NCBI RefSeq assembly: GCF_003945235.1
Contig: NZ_RSDW01000001.1
Coordinates: forward strand, 4,020,001 to 4,052,000
Direction: 5' to 3'
Source of the DNA: Edaphobacter aggregans
GTDB lineage: Bacteria > Acidobacteriota > Terriglobia > Terriglobales > Acidobacteriaceae
DNA length: 32,000 nucleotides
A model generated the notes under the pieces. It was not told where the DNA came from and made no database searches. It saw nothing but the letters and a program-made list of their open reading frames with translations. Shown one piece after another: positions 7,347 to 15,478 of the stretch. Numbering within the stretch: position 1 is the stretch's first letter; every line of letters begins with the position of its first letter. The position numbers and the translations under genes were made by a program.

Positions 7347-8039
7347 ATGAGGAATAGACTGCGGAAATTCGTGATTGCGACTGGGCTGATTTGTTGCTGC
7401 TTGCCGGCGATTGCGCAGGTAGATCAGTTTCTGCCTGAGATAAATTTTTATTCCAAGCTGAGTTCCGGTACGCGAATTCAATTACAGGCGAAACAGACGC
7501 GTGAAGGCGGTGAGCCGGTTCAGGCTGAGGTGGGACCGAGCGTCGATTTTTACCTTCGTCCCCTGATACGGCTGGCCAAGGCTACGAAGTTCGATCTGGA
7601 TGATGCAAAATCGCGGCCATTGGTGTTATCGGTTGGGTATCGCTACCTGTCGGAGGGCGATGGCGGGGTGCCAACGAACAGGCTGATGCCAGTTGCGACT
7701 TCCCGCTTTCCGTTGTCGACGAGGGTTGTGCTGACTACCAGGAATCGGTTCGACCTGGACTGGAAGGGCGGGGTTTTCACGTGGCGGTATCGCAACCGGC
7801 TTCAGGTGGAAGGGCCAGTCGCGATTGGTTCTTATCACCTGACGCCGTATGCAAGTGTTGAGCCCTTCTACCAGAGCCAGTATGGGAAATGGAGCGAGAC
7901 TGCTATCTATGCCGGCTGTATTTTGCCGATAAGAAAACACGTTCAGCTCGACCCTTACTATGAACATCAAAACCAGACGGGCAAGAGTCCCAATGAGCAG
8001 CTCAATCAGCTTGGTTTGATTCTTAATCTTTACTTCTAG
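7347..8039 (+). CDS. Outer-membrane beta-barrel protein, DUF2490-like
   Basis: ATG 7347 gives the signal peptide MRNRLRKFVIATGLICCCLPAIAQ. Alternating beta-strand pattern with aromatic-girdle segments (WRYRNRLQVE, YYEHQ) and a C-terminal ...LILNLYF. The track start at 7200 overlaps the pmbA 5' end and is rejected. Confidence 0.6.
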   Translation: MRNRLRKFVIATGLICCCLPAIAQVDQFLPEINFYSKLSSGTRIQLQAKQTREGGEPVQAEVGPSVDFYLRPLIRLAKATKFDLDDAKSRPLVLSVGYRYLSEGDGGVPTNRLMPVATSRFPLSTRVVLTTRNRFDLDWKGGVFTWRYRNRLQVEGPVAIGSYHLTPYASVEPFYQSQYGKWSETAIYAGCILPIRKHVQLDPYYEHQNQTGKSPNEQLNQLGLILNLYF

Positions 8040-8134
8040 GATGTGACACTCTTTGGCCTTGCGGATGTCTACGCATTCGGGCGGGTTTCTCCATTTATGA
8101 TGTGCGGGGTCATCTTATTGGTAGGAGGAAGAGA

Positions 8135-8554
8135 ATGTCGGAGTTGGGAAACAGGGTAGTTGTTCAGAGATTTTTGGAAGAGGTCATCAACGAGGGACGG
8201 TTGGAGCAGGCAGATGAGATCGTCGCCGAGGATTTTGTTGAGCTTGATCCTCTTCCGGGGCAGAGGCAAGGACGCGAGGGTTTGAAGGAAGTTATCGGCA
8301 TGCTGCGCACGGCGTTTCCGGATATGCATTGGGTGGTGGACGAGATGATCGCCGAAGGGGAGAAGGTCGTCACGCGATTTACGTGGACGGGCACGCAGCA
8401 GGGAACGTTTATGGGCATTCCTGCTACTGGTAGGAACGTCGTTGTGAAGGGCGTGGTTATCGACCGCATCGTTGGTGGCATGATGACGGACAGCCGCATT
8501 CTGATGGATACGATGGGAATGCTGCAGCAGCTTGGGGTGATTCCCGGGGCTTAG
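8135..8554 (+). CDS. SnoaL-like ester cyclase family protein
   Basis: AGGAGG at 8123..8128, then ATG 8135. NRVVVQRFLEEVINEGRLEQADEIVAEDFVE...GREGLKEVIGMLRTAFPDMHWVVDEMIAEGEKVVTRFTWTGTQQGTFMGIPATGRNV is the ester cyclase pattern. Confidence 0.8.
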   Translation: MSELGNRVVVQRFLEEVINEGRLEQADEIVAEDFVELDPLPGQRQGREGLKEVIGMLRTAFPDMHWVVDEMIAEGEKVVTRFTWTGTQQGTFMGIPATGRNVVVKGVVIDRIVGGMMTDSRILMDTMGMLQQLGVIPGA

Positions 8555-8862
8555 TGGACCGGGGATGAGGATGGCCGGGGTTGGCGGCCGTCGGTTGCTT
8601 TGAGGAAGTACAGGCCTTCGGCGCAGTACTCGGAGTCGCTCTTCAGCTTGTGCTCGATGTGTGTGGCCGGGCCGTCTTCGGAGCGGCGCTTGAAGAGCTT
8701 GACGGCTCCGCCGCAGCTCTTGCAACGGAATTCGGTGTCGTTGTCTTCGAGGGCCTCGGCGATGGTCTTGACCTTCCAGAAGGGCTCATAGCCTCCCGTG
8801 GCACGGACGCGGCGACGCTTGACTTCACACTCGTAGAACCTTTCACGCTCGGCTACTGCCAT
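8551..8862 (-). CDS. Uncharacterised ~100-aa four-Cys protein, paralogue 2
   Basis: 103-aa ORF, about 64% identical by eye to the product of 8959..9267. Shares YECEVKRRRV, GGYEPFWKVKT, DTEFRCKxCxGxVKL, EHK, DSExCA and KATDGR. Its end overlaps the convergent cyclase gene by 4 nt. Confidence 0.6.
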   Translation of the reverse strand: MAVAERERFYECEVKRRRVRATGGYEPFWKVKTIAEALEDNDTEFRCKSCGGAVKLFKRRSEDGPATHIEHKLKSDSEYCAEGLYFLKATDGRQPRPSSSPVH

Positions 8863-8958
8863 GATTGACCTCGATTAAGTACGGTTGTGTTTCGTTGATT
8901 GGTACTTTCCGATGTCATGCAGGTAGCAGGTACGTCGCGTTGCTTCGCGGGAAAAATG

Positions 8959-9267
8959 TCAGAGGACGGGATGCTCGGAGAGCTTTGGCTCGCGGCCGTC
9001 GGTGGCCTTCCTAAATAAGATGCCGTTGGCGCAGAACTCGGAGTCGGCGGCGGATTTGTGCTCGACGTAAGGCGGATTGCCCGGCTTGTTGTTGCGGCCG
9101 AGGAGTTTGACTTCGCCGAAGCAGTCTTTGCAGCGGAATTCGGTGTCACTGTCGGCCAAGGCTACGGCGACGGTCTTTACCTTCCAGAAGGGCTCGTAGC
9201 CTCCGCCGGTTTTGACGCGACGACGTTTTACTTCGCACTCGTAAATCTTTTCGCGTTCAGCTGCCAT
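8959..9267 (-). CDS. Uncharacterised ~100-aa four-Cys protein, paralogue 1, translationally coupled to tldD
   Basis: 102-aa ORF. Its ATG (9267..9265) shares one base with the tldD TAA stop (9269..9267), giving TAATG on the minus strand. Conserved C11, C46-x2-C49, H70 and C79. Confidence 0.65.
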   Translation of the reverse strand: MAAEREKIYECEVKRRRVKTGGGYEPFWKVKTVAVALADSDTEFRCKDCFGEVKLLGRNNKPGNPPYVEHKSAADSEFCANGILFRKATDGREPKLSEHPVL

Positions 9268-10748
9268 TATTGTCCTGTTCCTCCGACCGTCATGCGGTCG
9301 AGCTTGATTGTGGGCATGCCTACGCCGACCGGTACGGACTGGCCGGATTTGCCGCAGGTGCCGATGCCCTCGTCGAGTGCGAGGTCGTTGCCGACCATCG
9401 ACACGTATTTCAATGCCTCGGGGCCGTTGCCGATCAAGGTCGCGCCTTTGACGGGGCTGGTAACTTTGCCGTCTTCGATGAGATAGGCCTCGGAGGCGGA
9501 GAAGACGAATTTGCCGTTGGTGATGTCGACCTGGCCGCCGCCGAAGTTGACGGCGTAGAGGCCGCGCTTGACGGACTTGATGATGTCTTCGGGCATGTCG
9601 TCGCCGTTGAGCATGTAGGTGTTGGTCATGCGCGGCATGGGGATGTGGTGGTAGCTCTCGCGGCGTCCGGAGCCGGTGTTGGGCGTGCCCATGAGGCGCG
9701 AGGAGAGCTTGTCTGACAAATAACCTTTCAGGATGCCGTTCTCGATGAGGACGTTCTCCTGGGTGGGGTTGCCTTCGTCGTCAACGTTGATGGAACCGCG
9801 GCGGTTGGGCATGCGGCCGTTGTCGACTACGGTGACTTTGCTGGACGCGACCTGCTGGCCGATGAGTCCGGCGAAGGCTGAGGTTTTTTTGCGGTTGAAG
9901 TCGGCTTCGAGGCCGTGGCCTACGGCTTCGTGGAGGAGGACGCCGGGCCAGCCGGGGCCGAGGACGACTTCCATCTCGCCGGCGGGGGCTTCGATGGCGT
10001 TGAGCTGGAGGATGGCGGTGCGAGCGGCTTCGCGGGCGAAGTGCTCGGGAGACTTGTCTGTTTCTCCGGGGCCGCCGGCGCTTTCGAAGAAGTCCATGGT
10101 GACGCGGCCGCCCCCGCCGCTGGTGCCTCGGGCGGTGCTTCCGGCGCCGTTGTTGCCTGCGGCGTCCTTGGCGATGACGAAGACGTTGAGGCGCGCGAGG
10201 GGCTGGGTGTCGGAGGCGAAGGTGCCGTCGGATGCGGCGATGAGGATGCGGCGGAGCTCGTCGGAGAAGCCGGCGCGGACCTGGGTGATGCGGGGGTCGT
10301 AGGCGCGGGCGGCTTTGTCGGCTCGTTCGATGAGGGCGAGTTTGGCGGCGATTTCGGCGTCGGAGGTGGCTCCGGCGATGGGGTAGAGCGAAGTGGCTTC
10401 GGTGTGGCGGAAGCCGGACATAAGCTCTTTGGCTGGCCCACTTGCGATGAGGGCTGCGGTACGGGCGGCGCGGAGGAGGCGATCAGAGGAAAGGTCGTCG
10501 GTGTAGGCGTAGCCGGTGCGCTCGCCGGAGACGACGCGGATGCCGCAGCCTACGGAGATGCCCTGGGAGGCCGATTTGACTAGGGATTCGTCGATGCCGA
10601 GGGATGTGGAAGTGACTGATTCGAAATAGAGGTCGGCGTAGTCGCCGCCTGCGGAGAGGGCTTCGCCCAGACAGCGTTCCATCAGGCGTTCGGAGAGACC
10701 GAGTTTCTCGATGAAATAGCGTTTGTGGTCCGGGGCGGGAATTGTCAT
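9267..10748 (-). CDS. tldD: TldD metalloprotease
   Basis: 493-aa ORF with HEAVGHGLEADF (HExxxH), GSINVDDEG and GRRESYHHIPMPRMTNT, typical of TldD. Confidence 0.93.
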   Translation of the reverse strand: MTIPAPDHKRYFIEKLGLSERLMERCLGEALSAGGDYADLYFESVTSTSLGIDESLVKSASQGISVGCGIRVVSGERTGYAYTDDLSSDRLLRAARTAALIASGPAKELMSGFRHTEATSLYPIAGATSDAEIAAKLALIERADKAARAYDPRITQVRAGFSDELRRILIAASDGTFASDTQPLARLNVFVIAKDAAGNNGAGSTARGTSGGGGRVTMDFFESAGGPGETDKSPEHFAREAARTAILQLNAIEAPAGEMEVVLGPGWPGVLLHEAVGHGLEADFNRKKTSAFAGLIGQQVASSKVTVVDNGRMPNRRGSINVDDEGNPTQENVLIENGILKGYLSDKLSSRLMGTPNTGSGRRESYHHIPMPRMTNTYMLNGDDMPEDIIKSVKRGLYAVNFGGGQVDITNGKFVFSASEAYLIEDGKVTSPVKGATLIGNGPEALKYVSMVGNDLALDEGIGTCGKSGQSVPVGVGMPTIKLDRMTVGGTGQ

Positions 10749-10810
10749 CTACCTAGATGATAGGCGTTGACGCGGGGCGGGGCAAATGGGGCGGCTTCGT
10801 GGGGGAAAGG

Positions 10811-10926
10811 CTTAACACCGATTACACCGATTGCACCGATAATACCGATCTAAAGCGAGCGCAGATTTTAAGGAGGACGTGGATAACGGCGTCACAGCGA
10901 ATAGAGGGGTAAAGGCTGATAAGGAC
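10811..10926 (+). repeat. Family-C repeat cluster: 4 x 9-bp tandem (ACACCGATT-like) plus a 'ggataacggcgt...taaaggctgataa' module
   Basis: Tandem units acaccgatt/acaccgatt/gcaccgata/ataccgatc at 10815..10850. The module at 10879..10925 is about 74% identical by eye to 12946..12992. The leader aaggcttaacaccgatt matches aaggcctaacaccgatt near 19003. Confidence 0.6.
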
Positions 10927-10969
10927 AAAACGAATAGAGACAACAGGATGGGGGGAATAACTTGTTGTC
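10923..10969 (-). terminator. Possible terminator of the DUF1906-like gene
   Basis: GACAACA (10939..10945) pairs with TGTTGTC (10963..10969) across a 17-nt loop. On the minus strand it is followed by tctattcgttttgtcc. The loop is long, so confidence is low. Confidence 0.3.
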
Positions 10970-10997
10970 TTGAAGGTTCTTTCCCGTGGATTGGGTT

Positions 10998-11855
10998 TTA
11001 ACGGCCGTGGGAAGGGTCGGGTGAGGGGGAGACGCTTAGGTCGAGGTGGAGGTTGGGGAGGTCGGGGGTGTAGCAGTTGCCGTTGGGAGCGTAGGTTTTG
11101 GCGCAGGCGCGGGTGATCTCGGGGCGGCGGGGGGATTGGGCGTATTGCCAGGCGGCGATGTTGGGGGTTCCGGCGGCGGTGATGTCGGGTGGGTGGAGGG
11201 TGCAGCCGTTGGAGGGTGGGCATGAGTCCTGGTAGATGAAGAGGGTTATTGGGTGGAGGTGTTTAGCGGCGACTTCTTCGCGGATGTTTTGGGCGGTGGT
11301 GATGGTCTGGCCGGGTGCGTCGGGGACGGGTTGGCCGCTGACGTAGGCTCCGGGGAGGTAGGGTGAGCGGGCGATGGCTTCGGTCCAGGCGAAGAGGTAG
11401 ACGGATTGGGGGGCTTCGAGGCGGCCGCCTTCTTCCTGATCGAGGAAGAGGATGGTGTGGGCGGGGAAGTGCTCGCGCTGGGCGGCGGCTATGGCTGAGG
11501 CGGCGTCTTTTTGGCCGAGGGCCGTGGGGGCGGTTCCGGACTTCTGGGCTTTGTTGATTTCGGCTTCGAGGCGGCCGTTGAAGAGGACGAGGAAGCCGAA
11601 GTTATTGCGGAGTAGGATGTCGCGCTTGCCGGCCCAGGTGTTCTGCTGTTCGCCGGGTGGGTTGTTGAGCCAGTAGCCGGTGAAGGCGAAGTGTTTGCGG
11701 AGGGTGGGAAGGACGGAGTCGCCGGGGTAGTCGTTGCGGTCGAATCCGATGTAGCTGTCGTTGCTAACACCTGCGCTTGGGTTGAGTAACGGTTGCTGCG
11801 CATTCGTGACCGCGGCAATGAGAATGAAGGCGAGACTGGTAATAAGCAGACGCAT
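10998..11855 (-). CDS. Secreted DUF1906 / Rv2525c-like glycoside-hydrolase-fold protein
   Basis: Signal peptide MRLLITSLAFILIAAVTNAQ, then GFDRNDYPGD...FTGYWL...FGFLVLFNG...ILFLDQEEG...YLPGAYV...AAWQYAQS, which resembles the DUF1906 TIM-barrel family. Confidence 0.65.
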   Translation of the reverse strand: MRLLITSLAFILIAAVTNAQQPLLNPSAGVSNDSYIGFDRNDYPGDSVLPTLRKHFAFTGYWLNNPPGEQQNTWAGKRDILLRNNFGFLVLFNGRLEAEINKAQKSGTAPTALGQKDAASAIAAAQREHFPAHTILFLDQEEGGRLEAPQSVYLFAWTEAIARSPYLPGAYVSGQPVPDAPGQTITTAQNIREEVAAKHLHPITLFIYQDSCPPSNGCTLHPPDITAAGTPNIAAWQYAQSPRRPEITRACAKTYAPNGNCYTPDLPNLHLDLSVSPSPDPSHGR

Positions 11856-11945
11856 GGTGGCGTGTAAAAGGAATATTCTTAAACAAAGTTACACAAAGAG
11901 CTGTGCTACCTTGCTTTTACGAGCATGTAAAAAAGGAGTCCGGCG

Positions 11946-12479
11946 ATGGCGCTGACGGTGGTGGACGCAAGGTATCCGATTGGCAAGTTTGAGATACCGG
12001 AGACAATTACACCAGATGACCGGCTAGCCGCGATCGCATCGCTGGCTGATCTGCCCGAGCAGTTGCGCAATGCAGTGGAAGGGATGGATTCCGGGCGACT
12101 GAATACGCCGTATCGCGACGGCGGATGGACGGTACGGCAACTGGTTCACCATATCGCGGACAGTCACATGAATGCGTTTATCCGGGTCCGGTTTGCGCTG
12201 ACGGAAGACTGGCCGACGATCAAAACGTATGACGAGGATGCTTGGGCGCTGCTGCGGGATTCGACGGCTCCGGTAGAGTGGTCGCTGGAACTGATTGAGA
12301 GTTTGCATGCGCGTTGGGTGATGCTGCTGCAGTCGCTGAACGAGGAGCAGTGGAAGCGGGGATTCCACCATCCGGAGTATGGGGCAATGTCGGTGGAGTT
12401 GACGACGGTTGTATATGCGTGGCACTCGCGGCATCATGTGGCGCATATTACGCATCTGCGCTCGAAGGAAGGCTGGTAG
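11946..12479 (+). CDS. DinB/YfiT-family metal-dependent hydrolase or thiol transferase
   Basis: YPIGKFE...PYRDGGWTVRQLVHHIADSHMNAFIRVRFALTE...WHSRHHVAHITHLR is the YfiT-like His-triad pattern. Confidence 0.85.
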   Translation: MALTVVDARYPIGKFEIPETITPDDRLAAIASLADLPEQLRNAVEGMDSGRLNTPYRDGGWTVRQLVHHIADSHMNAFIRVRFALTEDWPTIKTYDEDAWALLRDSTAPVEWSLELIESLHARWVMLLQSLNEEQWKRGFHHPEYGAMSVELTTVVYAWHSRHHVAHITHLRSKEGW

Positions 12480-12489
12480 TCCAGCTTCC

Positions 12490-12912
12490 ATGGGTGAGGT
12501 GAGGATTGCAGAGAGCGACGCGGAGATCGAACGATGCTTCCCGGTGATGCATCAACTGCGGCCTGCACTGGTGGCGGGGGAGTTTGTGGACCGCATCAGG
12601 ACGCAGGAGGCGGAGGGGTATCGGCTGGCGTTTCTGGAGCATGAGGGCAGGGTGGTGTCGGTCGCCGGATTTCGGTTGATGACTGTGCTGTGGAGTGGCC
12701 GGACGCTGTACGTCGACGATCTGGTGACTGATGAGGCGGCACGGTCCAAGGGGCATGGAGAGACGATTCTGATCTGGCTTATGGACCATGCTCGGGCGGA
12801 GGGGTGCGCTACGTTCAGCCTGGATTCGGGGACACATCGGCGGGAGGCTCATGCGTTTTATTTTCGGCATGGGCTGAGGATTTCTGATTTTCATTTTCAA
12901 AGACCTTTATAG
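12490..12912 (+). CDS. GNAT-family N-acetyltransferase
   Basis: ATG 12490 lies just after the dinB stop, and the track start at 12409 overlaps dinB. LYVDDLVTDEAARSKGHGETILIWLMDHARAEGCATFSLDSGTHRREAHAFYFRHG is the acetyl-CoA binding motif A/B region. Confidence 0.85.
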   Translation: MGEVRIAESDAEIERCFPVMHQLRPALVAGEFVDRIRTQEAEGYRLAFLEHEGRVVSVAGFRLMTVLWSGRTLYVDDLVTDEAARSKGHGETILIWLMDHARAEGCATFSLDSGTHRREAHAFYFRHGLRISDFHFQRPL

Positions 12913-12920
12913 GCGTATAG

Positions 12921-12992
12921 GCGGCCGCGGATTGGTGCGGAGGTCGCGGATAACGGCGTAACGGTGATCAAAAGGATAAAGGCTGATAAAAG
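12921..12992 (+). repeat. Family-C repeat copy
   Basis: ccgcggattggtgcgg is a small hairpin (compare ccgcggattcgcgcgg at 18965..18980). It is followed by gcggataacggcgtaacggtgatcaaaaggataaaggctgataaaag, related to 10879..10925. Confidence 0.55.
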
Positions 12993-13046
12993 CTGTGCGG
13001 AGTCCCTCCTAGGGGGCTGTGTCTTGTGGTGTGTTAGGGTTCGGCT

Positions 13047-14660
13047 ATGCCGTTACAGGTAGGGTCAAGAACAGCCTCGCGGGTCGCTGAGGTTGAGCAG
13101 AGTGTGGAGGCAATCTCAGGGGCGCTGGAGGCGTTTCTTGCGGAGCATCCTCGGGCGGTGGTGCTGGAAGATGGTAAGGCGATCTTCGACATGTGTGAGG
13201 CGAAGTATCGGCTGGCGACGGAGCATGGGCGGTGCACGCTGCATCTTTGGAGTGAGGATAGGAATCTTGTTCGGCGGGTAAGCGCGACGGTCTCGCGGAA
13301 TGGCAGTTTGCGGCTGAGTACGCACCGGTTTGGGCAGACGAAGCCGCAGACGCTGGAGTTGGTGGCGGATAAGGATCGGCGGACGCCTTCGACGCGTGAG
13401 GCTACGCGGGTGAAGTATCTGCGGGTGCTGGAGCGGGTGTTGGGACGGGCGTTTCCGGAGTGGAAGGCGGATGGGTTTCGGACGGCGATGGATCTGGAGA
13501 AGAGTTTTGGGCCGGCGTATGCGCGCGGGTCGCTGGTGCAGGGACAGAAGGCCTGGGCGGTGATCGCGGTTAATGACGAAGAGACGCAGGCTACCGTTGA
13601 TGGGATTCTGACGCTGGGGATTTTGTGGCTGCATCATTGTCGTGAGTCGGGTGATGGACGACGGGTGTATCAGGGGTTGAAGGTGGTAGTGCCGCGAGGG
13701 GCGGCGGCGCTGACGGTTTCGCGGCTGTCCTGGCTGCATCCGCAGGCGGCGCGGTGGGAGCTTTGGGAACTGGATCAGGCGGCGGAGGAGTTGGAACAGA
13801 GGGAGGCGGCGGATCATGGGAATCTTTCGACTCGGTTGATGCATGCTCCGAATGAGGTGGCGGCGCGGGAGAGGTTTGCGGTGTCGGCGGCGCGGGTGAT
13901 GGCGCTGGTTCCGGAGCGCATGCGGGAGGTCGTCGAGCAGAGAGTAAGGAGTGGGACGGAGCTGGCGTTTCTGCTGCATGGGCTGGAGTTTGCGCGAGTG
14001 CGGATGGGGTATGCGGGGAGCTCGTTCAACAGCTTGCAGGAGATTACGTTTGGCGCGGGGGCGAATGAAACTCCGCTCACCGACGAGAATGAAGGGGAGT
14101 TGCGTGAGTTGGTGGCGCGGCTGTTTGAGCGGCGGGCGGCGAGTGGGGACAAGCGGGATCCGCTATACAGAATGCAGCCGGAGCGGTGGCTGGAGAGTGT
14201 GCTGCGTCGGGATGTTGTGACGATTGATTCTCATCTCGATCCGGCGCATGTTTATACGCAGGTGCCCGCGTTCGCGGCGGGAGATCGGGGGATGCTCGAT
14301 CTGCTGGGCGTAAGCGATGATGGGCGGCTGGCGGTGATCGAGTTGAAGGCCGATGAGGATTTGCAGTTTGCTTTGCAGGGGTTGGATTATTGGGTGCGTG
14401 TGCGGTGGCATCATTTGCAAAATCCTGACCAGATGAGTGGGTTGGGAGAGTTTCAGCGGAATGGGTATTTTGGTGGGGTGAGGTTGGCTGAGTCGGCGCC
14501 GAGGCTTTATCTGGTTGCGCCTGCGCTGCGGGTGCATCCGGCGACAGAAGTGGTGCTGCGGTACCTTTCGCCGCGGGTGGAGTGGGTGCTGGTGGCTCTG
14601 GATGAGCGGTGGCGGGCGAAGGTGAAGGTGGTTTGGCGGAAGAGGAGTGGAGGGGTATGA
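13047..14660 (+). CDS. Orphan 537-aa cytoplasmic protein with a C-terminal NucS/RecB-like PD-(D/E)xK nuclease motif set
   Basis: No signal peptide and no Walker A motif. The C-terminal third carries GMLD418LLGVSDDGRLAVIE432LK434 followed by Q444GLDY448W, which is the D...ExK plus QxxxY arrangement of RecB/NucS-type nucleases. I do not recognise the N-terminal ~370 aa. Confidence 0.6.
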   Translation: MPLQVGSRTASRVAEVEQSVEAISGALEAFLAEHPRAVVLEDGKAIFDMCEAKYRLATEHGRCTLHLWSEDRNLVRRVSATVSRNGSLRLSTHRFGQTKPQTLELVADKDRRTPSTREATRVKYLRVLERVLGRAFPEWKADGFRTAMDLEKSFGPAYARGSLVQGQKAWAVIAVNDEETQATVDGILTLGILWLHHCRESGDGRRVYQGLKVVVPRGAAALTVSRLSWLHPQAARWELWELDQAAEELEQREAADHGNLSTRLMHAPNEVAARERFAVSAARVMALVPERMREVVEQRVRSGTELAFLLHGLEFARVRMGYAGSSFNSLQEITFGAGANETPLTDENEGELRELVARLFERRAASGDKRDPLYRMQPERWLESVLRRDVVTIDSHLDPAHVYTQVPAFAAGDRGMLDLLGVSDDGRLAVIELKADEDLQFALQGLDYWVRVRWHHLQNPDQMSGLGEFQRNGYFGGVRLAESAPRLYLVAPALRVHPATEVVLRYLSPRVEWVLVALDERWRAKVKVVWRKRSGGV

Positions 14661-15478
14661 CGATACGGTTGCTCGGTGCGCTGCTGGTTGTGGTTTTGTT
14701 GCCGGTTCATGGGAGTTCTCAGCCGGATGCTGCTAAGTGGAAATTGGTGTGGAGTGATGAGTTCAATGAGGCGGATGGGACTGGGCCTGATTCGGCGAAG
14801 TGGGGCTTTGATTTGGGTGGTGGAGGATGGGGGAATAAGGAGTTGGAGAGCTACACTTCGAGGCTGGTGAATGTGCAGCAGAAGGGTGGGAATCTTGTCA
14901 TCACGGCGCTGAAGGAGGACTATACCGGCGCGGATGGTGTGGAGCGGCCATATACGTCGGCTCGGATCAAGACGAAGGGGCTGTTCTCGCAGGCTTATGG
15001 GCGGGTCGAGGCGAGAATGCAGCTGCCACTGGGGAAAGGGATTTGGCCGGCGTTCTGGATGCTTGGGGATGATATTGGAAGTGTCGGGTGGCCGAAGGCT
15101 GGCGAGATCGACATTATGGAGAATATTGGTGAAGCCGGGAGGGTCTACAGCACGCTGCATGGGCCGGGGTATAGCGGCGCGGGTGGGATTTCGGCGAACT
15201 ACAACCTGCCTGCTGGTGAGGCGGTGAATGATGGCTTTCATGTGTATGCAGTGGAGTGGTCGCCTAATAAGATCAGGTTTTATTTCGATGACAAGCTGAT
15301 TGCGGAGAGGACTCCCGCTGATCTGCCTGCGGGTGCGAAGTGGGTTTATGACCATCCGTTCTTTTTGATTTTGAATGTTGCGGTGGGTGGGGCGTGGCCG
15401 GGGAATCCGGATGAGGGGACCGTGTTTCCGCAACAGATGCTGGTGGATTATGTGCGGGTGTATGAGGCGCGTCCGTGA
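14657..15478 (+). CDS. Secreted GH16 beta-glucanase (laminarinase/licheninase-like)
   Basis: ATG 14657 overlaps the upstream stop (ATGA). Signal peptide MTIRLLGALLVVVLLPVHGSS. WSDEFN, WPAFWMLG, catalytic GEIDIMENIG (ExDxxE) and FHVYAVEW. Confidence 0.9.
   Translation: MTIRLLGALLVVVLLPVHGSSQPDAAKWKLVWSDEFNEADGTGPDSAKWGFDLGGGGWGNKELESYTSRLVNVQQKGGNLVITALKEDYTGADGVERPYTSARIKTKGLFSQAYGRVEARMQLPLGKGIWPAFWMLGDDIGSVGWPKAGEIDIMENIGEAGRVYSTLHGPGYSGAGGISANYNLPAGEAVNDGFHVYAVEWSPNKIRFYFDDKLIAERTPADLPAGAKWVYDHPFFLILNVAVGGAWPGNPDEGTVFPQQMLVDYVRVYEARP

Noticed and set aside
8551-9267. Toxin-antitoxin pair formed by the two small adjacent genes.
   Set aside because: The two products are paralogues of each other (about 64% identical) rather than two different partner proteins. 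They are separated by 96 nt, and the first is coupled to tldD. No known toxin or antitoxin motifs are recognised.
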